From Desulfocapsa sulfexigens DSM 10523 (lineage in GTDB: Bacteria > Desulfobacterota > Desulfobulbia > Desulfobulbales > Desulfocapsaceae): a DNA stretch of 32,000 bases. The notes beneath the pieces are model-generated. The model saw nothing but the letters and a program-made list of their open reading frames with translations, was not told where the DNA came from and searched no databases. Of this stretch, positions 8,945-17,606 are shown in pieces (the first letter of the stretch is position 1; every line of letters starts with the position of its first letter). The stretch lies in the NCBI RefSeq assembly GCF_000341395.1, contig NC_020304.1:1530001-1562000 (forward strand), written 5' to 3'. The translations under genes were made by a program, and so were the position numbers.

Positions 8945-10158
8945 GTGATGTGACAGCAATAGCGGATTTTACAGATAGCAGGATTCTTGTTGTTGATGAC
9001 AACCCGGTCAATAGAGAGCTTTTGGCATCAATTGTGCGAAATGCTGGTTATGGTGTTGTCACTGCTATCGGAGGCAAGGAAGCGCTGGAACTGGTAAGGC
9101 AGCATCCTTTCGACCTTATTTTGCTTGATATCGTAATGCCGGAAATGGATGGCTTTGCGGTGTGTAAGTCCCTGCAGGAGGACCTGCAAACCAGAGACGT
9201 ACCTATCATAATGGTTTCTTCTCTTGATCTTTCTGAAACGAAAATTCACTGTTTTGATCTGGGTGCCATCGATTATATAACCAAACCCTTTCACAGGGGA
9301 GAAGTTCTTGCCAGAATACGCTCACAACTCGGTATTAAACACCTGACAGCCTCTCTCCAAAAGAGCAATAAGAAGCTCCAGGAGAGACAGAATGTTGTTG
9401 AGCAGGATCTGATGGCAGCAGCAGCAATTCAACGGGCATTGCTGCCGGAACGTATTCCGTTCACCGATCGCCTTCAGGTAGAATACGTCTTTACTCCCTG
9501 TGAGCGTATCGGGGGCGATATCTTCAATGTTTTTGCTCTTGATGATCATTCTGTCGGGATATACATAGTCGATGTCTGCGGCCATGGAGTACCCGCTGCG
9601 ATGATTGCAACGCTGGTTTCCCAGGCCATGTCGCAGAGTGGGAATGTTATCTGTTCCTTGTTCACAGAGGATAAGTGCTCGACCATACAAAGCCCGCTAC
9701 AGGTACTTGAACGGCTTGACAGGCTCTTTCCGATTGAACGTTTTGATCGTTATTTTACCATATCGTATATGGTTCTTGATCTGCGTGATGGGTCATACAG
9801 CTACAGCAGTGCCGGACATCCTCCTATTCTGCTGCAGAAAAAAAATGGAGAGGTTGTTTTTTTAGAAGCCGGTGGACCGATAATTGGTCTGGGTGAGTTC
9901 GCCCCTCGGCGGGAAGCGGATTCAGGGCAACTTACTCCTGGAGACAGACTCTTTTTTTATACCGATGGTATTATTGAACTTGAAAATGCGGTGGGAGAGA
10001 TGTTCGGTGTGGAAGGGATGAAATTACTGGTGAAGCAACAGAAAGATCTCCCTCTTGGTTGCTATTCTTCAGCCATCGCTCAAGGGCTGGAAAAATTTTC
10101 CCACGGTTCTTCTGTAAATGATGATATCAGCTTACTTTGTCTTGAATATTTAGGCTAA
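8941..10158 (+). CDS. Response-regulator receiver fused to a PP2C/SpoIIE-family serine phosphatase (RsbU/RsbY-like)
   Basis: The N-terminal REC domain shows ILVVDDNPVNRELL, the phospho-acceptor context DLILLDIVMPEMDG, and ITKP. A coiled linker is followed by a PP2C/SpoIIE domain (GGDIFNV, YIVDVCGHGVPAAM, LFFYTDGIIE, NDDISLLCLEY). The start overlaps the bcsC stop (ATGA 8941-8944). Confidence 0.9.
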   Translation: MSDVTAIADFTDSRILVVDDNPVNRELLASIVRNAGYGVVTAIGGKEALELVRQHPFDLILLDIVMPEMDGFAVCKSLQEDLQTRDVPIIMVSSLDLSETKIHCFDLGAIDYITKPFHRGEVLARIRSQLGIKHLTASLQKSNKKLQERQNVVEQDLMAAAAIQRALLPERIPFTDRLQVEYVFTPCERIGGDIFNVFALDDHSVGIYIVDVCGHGVPAAMIATLVSQAMSQSGNVICSLFTEDKCSTIQSPLQVLERLDRLFPIERFDRYFTISYMVLDLRDGSYSYSSAGHPPILLQKKNGEVVFLEAGGPIIGLGEFAPRREADSGQLTPGDRLFFYTDGIIELENAVGEMFGVEGMKLLVKQQKDLPLGCYSSAIAQGLEKFSHGSSVNDDISLLCLEYLG

Positions 10159-10216
10159 TATCTGTACTGTCAGCATCTCCTGAACGTATCTACTCTAAGA
10201 TAGGACTGTACCACTC

Positions 10217-11626
10217 ATGAGCACTGGACATTTGTTATCGCAAGCCCATTGTTTTCTTTTTTGTCTGCTGAGTCTTGTCTCTTTCTCAGCTTGCAGCCAT
10301 ATTGTTCAGGACGATGTCCAGCCATCTGTTGTTGCCGAACCATCCTATACCATCAGCCACCACCAAGCCCTTGAGAAGCTCCCGACTAAATGGTGGCAGG
10401 TGTTTGATGATCCACTTCTTGACGCCTATATAGAACAGGCCCTGGCGAATAATTTTACCCTCCAGGAAGGCTTTGCAAGACTGAAACAGGCGCGTTCCAT
10501 TCAAAATCAGGCCGGTTCTCAGCTTTATCCAACGCTGGATGGCCGGGTTCGGGCGGAATCGGAGTGGGAAGCGGAGAATACTCGAACTGACAGTAACAGA
10601 ATAGAGCTGGATCTGTCCTGGGAAGTGGATCTCTGGGGTCGACTTTCTTCAGTTGCACAGGCAACATCCTTTGAAACCTTTGCTGCCGAAGACGAGCTTC
10701 AGGGACTGGCTCTGCTCCTCAGTGTCGAGGTGGCAGATACTTACTTCCAGCTTGTTGTGCAGTATCTTTACCAGCAGTTGCTGCAACGTCAGATAGAGGC
10801 TAATACAATTTCTCTTAATGTGATAAGGCTTCGCTTTGCAAATGGCCTGGTCTCTCTTGTCGATGTTTACCAGCAGAAACAGCTTCTTGCCGCTGTCAAG
10901 GCAGAACTCCCCGTCAGTGAAGCACGAAATATTATTCTTCAGAACAGGCTTCATGTGCTTCTTGGACAACCTCCGGAATCAACTCCCCTGGTGTTTCGTC
11001 AAACCTTTCCTGAAATTCCCGCCCTGCCGATGCTTGGGATCCCCGCCGATCTGCTGCAAAACAGGCCCGATCTCAGACAGTTGCAGAGAGAACTGGTTGC
11101 CGCGGATTACCGGGTGGCCGAGGCTGTGGCTGATCGTCTGCCTGCTTTGAAAATTGGAGGGTCTGCAGCATTTATCAGTGGCGACTTTATCACTGCTCTC
11201 TTTGCAGATGCCCTGGCGACAATTGTTGACTGGGGAGGGAAAAAGAGTGAAGTGGAGAAAAAGAAGGCGATGGTGGAAGAAAAAACAGCCCGTTATTCCC
11301 AGAGATATCTAGTGGCCATCGAGGAGGTGGAGAACAGTCTCTGGCAGGAACGAAAGCATGAACAGTTACTCACTGCTCTTGCGGAACAGCTGATGATCTC
11401 AAAGGCAACGCTGCGCGAAAGCAGGAGTCGATATATCCAGGGAATGACGGATTATATCCCTGTTCTTACAGCGTTAGTCTCATTTCAAAAACTGGAAATT
11501 AATATCCTGCAGCGCAAGCAGGAAAAAATTTCCTACCGGCTTCTTCTCTACAGGGCTCTGGGCACTGATGTCCTGGGTTCTGATCGCGATGCTCTACTAA
11601 TTGATAACTCAAAAAATCTCCTATGA
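10217..11626 (+). CDS. RND efflux outer-membrane factor lipoprotein (NodT/TolC family)
   Basis: The 469-aa protein has a signal peptide with a lipobox-like SFSAC. Its two-repeat OEP architecture includes conserved WW..F.D..L, LDLSWEVDLWGR, NRPDLR and LYRALG motifs. Confidence 0.85.
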   Translation: MSTGHLLSQAHCFLFCLLSLVSFSACSHIVQDDVQPSVVAEPSYTISHHQALEKLPTKWWQVFDDPLLDAYIEQALANNFTLQEGFARLKQARSIQNQAGSQLYPTLDGRVRAESEWEAENTRTDSNRIELDLSWEVDLWGRLSSVAQATSFETFAAEDELQGLALLLSVEVADTYFQLVVQYLYQQLLQRQIEANTISLNVIRLRFANGLVSLVDVYQQKQLLAAVKAELPVSEARNIILQNRLHVLLGQPPESTPLVFRQTFPEIPALPMLGIPADLLQNRPDLRQLQRELVAADYRVAEAVADRLPALKIGGSAAFISGDFITALFADALATIVDWGGKKSEVEKKKAMVEEKTARYSQRYLVAIEEVENSLWQERKHEQLLTALAEQLMISKATLRESRSRYIQGMTDYIPVLTALVSFQKLEINILQRKQEKISYRLLLYRALGTDVLGSDRDALLIDNSKNLL

Positions 11627-12795
11627 AAACCTTTCTCTCGTTCCTTGTTTTGATTCTGGCGGTAGCAGTGTCATTCTGGTTATACGCGAATAAACCGCAG
11701 ACGAAAAAGAGTAAACCCGAGCGCCCTGTTCCAATGGTGAGAACCATACTAGTTCAGCCGACGAATGAGGCCGTGGTGTTTGAGGCCGCTGGTTTAGTGA
11801 TTCCGGCTCGGGAAGTGGAATTGCAGACTGAGGTGGAAGGGCGCATTATTGAACAGAATACTGAGCTTGTTCCAGGTGGGATTGTTGCTGAGGGGGAAAT
11901 GCTGATTCAGATTGATCCCCTCGACTACCGTCTGCAGGTGAGCGAGCGCGAAGCGGAACTGGCCACGGCTCGTTATGAACTTGAGGTCGAAGAGGGGAGA
12001 CAGATCATTGCCCGTGAGGAATGGAGCATCCTCGAGCAGGAGCTTTTGGGAGATAAGGTTAGTAAGCATCTGGCGCTGCGTGAGCCACACTTGAGAAACA
12101 GTCATGCCCGCCTTGAGGCCGCTGAGAGTCGTCTTGCTGCAGCAAAGCTTGCAGAGAAACGGACTACCATTCGTGCCCCTTTTAATGGTCTGATCCTTAA
12201 AGAGTCCGTTGAGACAGGACAGTTTGTTGGCAGGCAGACAGTGATTGCAGCCCTAGTCTCCACGGATCAGTTTTGGGTTCAGGCCTCGGTGCCTCTCTCT
12301 CTCCTTGATAGATTGCAGTTTCCGGACGGGCAGGGAGGGAAAGGCAGTGCTGCTCAAATTGTGCTCGACAAAGGATACGGAGGGAAACCGACCCTGCGTG
12401 AGGGCACAATTTTTAAGCTTCTGCCAGATCTTGATCCCAAGAGTCGTATGGCCAGACTGCTGATTGAAATTCCAGATCCCTTTAACCTTGATAAAGAAAT
12501 ACAGGGAAATCTGGGAGGGAAAATACTCCTCGGTAGCTATGTAAAGGTGCAGTTGAATGCTGGTGAATTTCCCGATGTGTATGTGGTACCTCGTGCAGCA
12601 CTGCGTGAAGGTGACCTGCTGTGGCTGATATCCGCAGAAGGGCGGTTGGATATACGTCCGGTAAAGGTTCTGTGGCGACGCATTGATGAGGTTCTGGTTA
12701 CTGCCGAAGAGGCTCTTGATGAGCCGATTGTTGTCAGCCGTCTGGTTTCACCCGTAACTGGGATGCAGATTCGCACCGACGCGCACAGGAAATAG
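11623..12795 (+). CDS. RND efflux periplasmic adaptor (membrane fusion protein, HlyD family)
   Basis: The 390-aa protein has an N-terminal TM anchor, a lipoyl-like segment, a coiled-coil hairpin (LQVSEREAELATARYELEVEE...LEAAESRLAAAKL...TTIRAPFNG) and a beta-barrel domain. An ATGA overlap links it to the upstream OMF gene. Confidence 0.85.
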   Translation: MKTFLSFLVLILAVAVSFWLYANKPQTKKSKPERPVPMVRTILVQPTNEAVVFEAAGLVIPAREVELQTEVEGRIIEQNTELVPGGIVAEGEMLIQIDPLDYRLQVSEREAELATARYELEVEEGRQIIAREEWSILEQELLGDKVSKHLALREPHLRNSHARLEAAESRLAAAKLAEKRTTIRAPFNGLILKESVETGQFVGRQTVIAALVSTDQFWVQASVPLSLLDRLQFPDGQGGKGSAAQIVLDKGYGGKPTLREGTIFKLLPDLDPKSRMARLLIEIPDPFNLDKEIQGNLGGKILLGSYVKVQLNAGEFPDVYVVPRAALREGDLLWLISAEGRLDIRPVKVLWRRIDEVLVTAEEALDEPIVVSRLVSPVTGMQIRTDAHRK

Positions 12796-12807
12796 AAGGA
12801 CAGTTAT

Positions 12808-15800
12808 ATGAGCATACTACCCTCTAAAGAACAGGGGCTGATAGCCTGGATGGCCTCTAATCCTGTGGCTGCCAATCTGCTGATGCTGCTGTTCGTCATC
12901 GGTGGTCTCCTTGCTGCAGGCCGGATAACCCAGGAGGTTTTTCCGAGTTATGCTCTTGATATTGTAACGGTCTCTGTTCGTTACCCTGGCGCCAGTCCTG
13001 AAGAGGTGGAAGAGGGGGTTGTTCTGGCTGTCGAAGAGGAGATCAGGGCATTGGATAATGTGGAGCGGGTGACCTCGGTTTCCATGGAAGGTAATGCCTC
13101 GATTAGTGTGGAATTGCTTTCAGGTGCTGATCCCAATAGCAGTCTCCAGGAAATTAAAAACGGCATTGACAGGATTAGCACTTTTCCTGGTGATGTGGAA
13201 AAACCTCTGGTCAGCCTCGCAACGAGGCGACGGGAGGTGCTTCGCCTTGCCCTTTATGGTGACATTGATGAGGGCTCCCTCTTCAGTCTGGTTGAAACGA
13301 TTCGGTCAGAACTGCTTGATATCACTGAGATTGCCCAGGTAGAACTGAATGGAACCAGAGACCCTGAACTTTCCATTGAGATCTCCAGAGACATGCTCAG
13401 GGCTCACAATCTCAGCTTAGAGGAAGTGGCCGATACCATTAAAGAACGGGCAGTGGATGTGCCTGCCGGTGGAATAAAGAGTCAGGGTGGTGAGGTGCTG
13501 TTACGAACCTCGGAACGACGGGAAGTGGCCAGCGAATTTTCTGATCTGGTACTGGTTAGCAGAGAGGATGGAACCAAGCTCATTCTCGGGGAAGTCGCTG
13601 AGTTGCATCAGGGGTTTGAGGAGAGTGATCGCGAGGCCTGGTATAACGGGAAACGGGCAGCCCTGCTTTATGTTTATCGAACTGGAGACCAGACTCCAAT
13701 TGACATTTCCAATGCTGTTCATGCCTATATGGATAAGCGTATTCCTACTCTTCCTCCCTCTGTGCAGCTCACGGCCTACAGGGATAGATCGGAGCTGTAT
13801 AAGGATCGAATGGAGCTCCTGCTGACTAACGGAGTATTCGGTCTATGCCTGGTACTGCTCACCCTCGGTCTTTTTCTTGAGCCGCGTCTTGCGTTCTGGG
13901 TCTCAATGGGGGTGCCCATCTCCGTTATCGGTTCTTTTCTTATACTCTATTTTATTGGTGGCAGTCTCAACATGATCTCCATGTTTGCCTTTATTATCAC
14001 GCTGGGGATTGTAGTTGATGATGCCGTGGTCGTTGGTGAGAATATTTTCTATAAACGGAGACAGGGAATGGAGCCTTTACGGGCTTCCATTGAAGGGGCA
14101 CGGGAAATGGCGGCTCCTGTCGTTATAGCTGTCGCTACCAATATTTTCGCTTTTCTTCCTCTGCTCTTTGTCTCAGGATCCACCGGTCGCTTCTTTGCAA
14201 TTATGCCTGCAGTGGTGATTGCGGTATTTCTGGTTTCGCTGATTGAGTGTCTGTATGTGCTTCCAGCTCATCTCAGTTATCGCAGGAAGGAGCGGAAGGG
14301 GAAAATGTTCCAATTGCTGGAGCAGGTACCTCGCTTTTGTGAACAGTGGCTTGATCGTTTTGTGAGCGGTCCCTTTGCAAGGATTCTGCGCTGGAACCTT
14401 TCGTTTCGGTATCTGGTTTCTGCCCTTGGTCTGGCTGTGCTGATTGTGGCCTACTCCTATTGGGACAGTGGTCATATTAATTTTTCATTCAGACCAGACA
14501 TTCAGACGGACAGTGTTGACGCCGAGGTAGAATTGCCCTACGGAGTGAATATGGATGAGGTAAAAGAAATTACCCGTCTTGTCGAGGAGGGTGGCAAACG
14601 GGCGGTTGAAAAAAGTGGAGACAGTGAAATCCTGGTGGGAATACGGACTGATATCGGTCGTGGTGGGGCTAATCGTGCTGAGGTCTCCATCACTCTGGTG
14701 CCTCAGGAACAACGAAAAATTACCACCCGGGAGTTCAGTGTTCTGTGGAAAAAAGAGGTTGGGGAGATTGCAGGCCTCGAGAAACTGTTTTTTGATTATC
14801 TGATGGGGCCGGGCGGCTCGGCGGCCATCAATGTGGAACTCACTCATCCGGATCCGCAAACCCTTGAACTCGCTGCAGCGGATCTGGCAGAAGCTATTTC
14901 ACAGTATAGTGGGGTCACCGATGTGAATGACGGCTTCGCACGGGGCAAGGTACAGTATGATTTCAAGATGCTTCCCGAAGGGAAGGCTGTTGGGTTGACT
15001 GCGCAGGATCTTGGCAGTCAAATCAGGCATGCCTTTTATGGAGCGGAGGCATTGCGGCAACAGCAGGGCAGAAATGAATTGAAGGTTGTTGTCCGTCTTC
15101 CTCGTGCAGAGAGAAGCTCCCTCTTTCACCTGGAGCAGCTGCTGATCCGAACACCTGATGGTGGGGAAATCCCTCTGGAGCGTGCAGCAAGAATAATCCC
15201 CAGTCGGGCTTACACCGAGATCAACCGTGTTGATGGAAAGCGGGTTCTCAGCGTGACAGCCAATGTGGTGGCAGGTAAGTCCAATGAGAATAAAATTCTG
15301 GACAGTTTGAAACGGGAATACTTACCCGAGTTGCTTGCAAACTACAGTGGGCTGAATTATTCCTTTCAGGGGCAGCAGCGTGAAAAACGCATGGCCGTGC
15401 ATGATCTTCTGATGGGGATTGCTTTAATGATGCCAGCGATTTTCTGTCTCCTTGCCATTCTTTTTAGGAGCTACGGGCAGGCCCTGCTGGTAATGATTTC
15501 CATTCCATTCGGTCTGGTCAGTGCCCTTTTCGGCCATATTATTATGGGGTACAGCCTCTCTATTATTTCCATATTCGGGATGATTGCTCTCTGCGGGGTA
15601 GTAATTAATGGCGGGCTGGTGTTTACGGTGACAGCCAATCGGTACCGAGGTGAGGGGAAAACAGTAGCCGAGGCAGCATTTATGGCTGCAACACGGAGGT
15701 TCCGTCCTATCATACTCACCTCGCTCACTACTTTTTTTGGTCTGGCTCCAATGATATTTGAGCAGTCTGTGCAGGCCCGTTTTCTCATTCCCATGGCCAT

Positions 15801-15912
15801 TTCACTGGGGTACGGAATTCTTTTCTCAACAGCGATTATCCTTTTTCTCATGCCTGCATTTTACCTGATTTATGATGACGTCCTTGGGCTGATGAGGAAT
15901 AGGAAAAGTTGA
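12808..15912 (+). CDS. RND efflux inner-membrane transporter (AcrB/AcrD/AcrF family)
   Basis: The 1034-aa protein has a 12-TM architecture with two large periplasmic loops. The TM4 motif LGIVVDDAVVVGENI is AcrB-like (DD), not the CzcA-type DFG..DGA. An AAGGA RBS lies upstream of the ATG. Confidence 0.95.
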   Translation: MSILPSKEQGLIAWMASNPVAANLLMLLFVIGGLLAAGRITQEVFPSYALDIVTVSVRYPGASPEEVEEGVVLAVEEEIRALDNVERVTSVSMEGNASISVELLSGADPNSSLQEIKNGIDRISTFPGDVEKPLVSLATRRREVLRLALYGDIDEGSLFSLVETIRSELLDITEIAQVELNGTRDPELSIEISRDMLRAHNLSLEEVADTIKERAVDVPAGGIKSQGGEVLLRTSERREVASEFSDLVLVSREDGTKLILGEVAELHQGFEESDREAWYNGKRAALLYVYRTGDQTPIDISNAVHAYMDKRIPTLPPSVQLTAYRDRSELYKDRMELLLTNGVFGLCLVLLTLGLFLEPRLAFWVSMGVPISVIGSFLILYFIGGSLNMISMFAFIITLGIVVDDAVVVGENIFYKRRQGMEPLRASIEGAREMAAPVVIAVATNIFAFLPLLFVSGSTGRFFAIMPAVVIAVFLVSLIECLYVLPAHLSYRRKERKGKMFQLLEQVPRFCEQWLDRFVSGPFARILRWNLSFRYLVSALGLAVLIVAYSYWDSGHINFSFRPDIQTDSVDAEVELPYGVNMDEVKEITRLVEEGGKRAVEKSGDSEILVGIRTDIGRGGANRAEVSITLVPQEQRKITTREFSVLWKKEVGEIAGLEKLFFDYLMGPGGSAAINVELTHPDPQTLELAAADLAEAISQYSGVTDVNDGFARGKVQYDFKMLPEGKAVGLTAQDLGSQIRHAFYGAEALRQQQGRNELKVVVRLPRAERSSLFHLEQLLIRTPDGGEIPLERAARIIPSRAYTEINRVDGKRVLSVTANVVAGKSNENKILDSLKREYLPELLANYSGLNYSFQGQQREKRMAVHDLLMGIALMMPAIFCLLAILFRSYGQALLVMISIPFGLVSALFGHIIMGYSLSIISIFGMIALCGVVINGGLVFTVTANRYRGEGKTVAEAAFMAATRRFRPIILTSLTTFFGLAPMIFEQSVQARFLIPMAISLGYGILFSTAIILFLMPAFYLIYDDVLGLMRNRKS

Positions 15913-16461
15913 CCTGTAGTGTTGGTAATTGTCTGAAATACCAAATGGGTATTGAATCGTAGGGGCTTCTCTGCACAATCTTTTGATGGTGCTGCCTGGG
16001 TTGGAGTATTATTGGGTGTCTTTTTTTCTGCAGAAAGTGATTTCTCCCAAAAACCAGAGAACTATTCCTGTAAGCATCGATGACAACCTGAGTGATGCTA
16101 CGGTTGCGACTGACTTGGAATAAATCTGGATGACGCCAAGGATATCATTGTATTAATCTATCAATCAATGGCGGATCAGTCTGCGGTAGCCAGGAGTTGT
16201 TATATTATATCACGTCAGCAGACGGATCCTGTAAGTCAACCAATACCTTTTCTTTTGAAATCTTCGTTATTCTGTTGGTCTAGCAAAATCTCTTGCCATA
16301 TTCTTGAGAACACCTCAATGAACAATTAGTGACATTTTTGAATGGCAGCTGTTGTCAAATAGCACGAAAATGTATTGAAATGCCTGTTGAAACCCTCTGC
16401 TTCTCGTTCTGTTTGTGTTTTATGTGATTGATTTGATGTCGTATTCTCTGTTGGGTGAAAG

Positions 16462-16478
16462 TTGGCACAAATCATGCT
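16462..16478 (+). promoter_or_regulatory. Candidate sigma-54 (-24/-12) promoter
   Basis: TTGGCACAAATCATGCT has TGGCAC (16463-16468), a 5-nt spacer and ATGC, so GG and GC sit at the canonical spacing of the TGGCAC-N5-TTGCW consensus. It lies ~72 nt upstream of the porin ATG at 16550. Confidence 0.55.
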
Positions 16479-16549
16479 CTTATCGCAGAAAAGGCAATGA
16501 AAGGTATCTTTCAGGCATTAAATAAAACATTTCAATGTGGAGAAAAGTG

Positions 16550-17284
16550 ATGAGAAAAAGTATTCCAATGGCAGCCTTAACCGCAATTGTAAGCGCTTTG
16601 AGTGTGCCCCAGGCTATGGCGGCGGATGTTACCGCAGCCGCGGATATCAATTCAGCATATGTATGGCGAGGACTTACCTTTAACGACGGCATCGTTATTC
16701 AGCCAAGTATTGATGTGGCGGCTGGCGGCTTTGGCTTTAACGTATGGGGCAACTTGGATGTCGATGACTACAACGACACACTCGATTCTGGTGAGTTTTC
16801 TGAAGTAGACCTTACCGTTTCTTACTCGTTTGATATTGGGCCTGTAGGCGCCAGTGTCGGCTATATTGAATATCTGTTTCCAGCGGGTGGTGCAAGTACC
16901 AGCGAAATATTTGCTAGCACCAGCATGGATATCGTCTATGGAATCTCTGCTGGCCTGGAACTCTATTATGACATCGACCAGGTGGATGATTTTTACGCTA
17001 CAGCAAGCATTGGTTACGCGTTGGATATCAATGAGAAACTGGGGCTTGAGTTAGGTGGTCTGATAAGTTATGCAGGTAAGGATTTTACAGCAGCCTACGC
17101 AGGAGGTACTGACAGTGGATTTTTTAATTATATCCTCTCTGCCTCCCTTAGCTATGCAATAAGCGACACCCTGAGCACTGGCATAAATGTCAACTACACA
17201 GATTCGATGGAGTCGGATGCGCTTCCTGATAGCGCGATGGATAGCGACATCTACGGCGGAATCAGTATGGCTTATACCTTCTAA
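16550..17284 (+). CDS. TorF-family putative outer-membrane porin (Gcw_chp / TIGR02001-like)
   Basis: The start at ATG 16550 has GGAG 7 nt upstream and gives the signal peptide MRKSIPMAALTAIVSALSVPQAMA. The mature N-terminus ADV..AADINSAYVWRGLTFNDGIVIQPSIDV...GFNVWGNLDV matches the family pattern (...Y.fRG.s.t...p..Q...d....Gf..g.W.sn). It is an alternating beta-strand protein ending in aromatic ...MAYTF. Confidence 0.7.
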   Translation: MRKSIPMAALTAIVSALSVPQAMAADVTAAADINSAYVWRGLTFNDGIVIQPSIDVAAGGFGFNVWGNLDVDDYNDTLDSGEFSEVDLTVSYSFDIGPVGASVGYIEYLFPAGGASTSEIFASTSMDIVYGISAGLELYYDIDQVDDFYATASIGYALDINEKLGLELGGLISYAGKDFTAAYAGGTDSGFFNYILSASLSYAISDTLSTGINVNYTDSMESDALPDSAMDSDIYGGISMAYTF

Positions 17285-17314
17285 TCGTCACTTTTTGAGC
17301 ACCATTCCTCACAA

Positions 17315-17352
17315 AGTTGCCATGCTTGAAATATGGCATGGCAACTCTTAAA
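17315..17352 (+). terminator. Hairpin terminator candidate downstream of the porin gene
   Basis: A perfect 11-bp stem pairs AGTTGCCATGC (17315-17325) with GCATGGCAACT (17336-17346) around a 10-nt loop. The trailing CTTAAAAT is only a weak U-tract. It lies 31 nt after the stop codon. Confidence 0.55.
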
Positions 17353-17606
17353 ATCCGTAACTCACTCTTCAATGTTATTGCAGTATCAAGAAATTCTCCC
17401 CTGCTGACACATCGTTTAAATCATTCAGGAAGTCCTGCTTGCGTGTCCCTGGCCAAAATCGGGTGTAAGACGCAATACTCTCCACTGCAAACCAAAAAAT
17501 TATATTAGGTCTGAGTACCTTTTGAATATATACTTGAAGGTAGCAAGCTCAAAACAAAGTCGCCCACACCAAGAATTTAAAATCCCTTCATAAGGAAAAA
17601 GACGAT

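Noticed and set aside
15937-15953. A hairpin (AATACC-AAATG-GGTATT) after the RND pump gene, considered as a terminator.
   Set aside because: The stem is only 6 AT-rich bp and there is no U-tract, so it is not convincing. The nearby TTTCTGCAGAAA palindrome (16025-16036) has no loop and is also unlikely to terminate transcription.
15986-16123. A 45-aa ORF (MVLPGLEYYWVSFFLQKVISPKNQRTIPVSIDDNLSDATVATDLE) in the long intergenic region.
   Set aside because: It has no RBS and no recognisable family or signal, and its composition is like the surrounding non-coding DNA. It is probably spurious, although a decayed gene remnant cannot be excluded.
17317-17508. A 63-aa ORF between the porin and gad genes.
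   Set aside because: Its first codons lie inside the terminator hairpin (17315-17346). It has no RBS and its sequence is low-complexity and atypical, so I treat it as non-coding.
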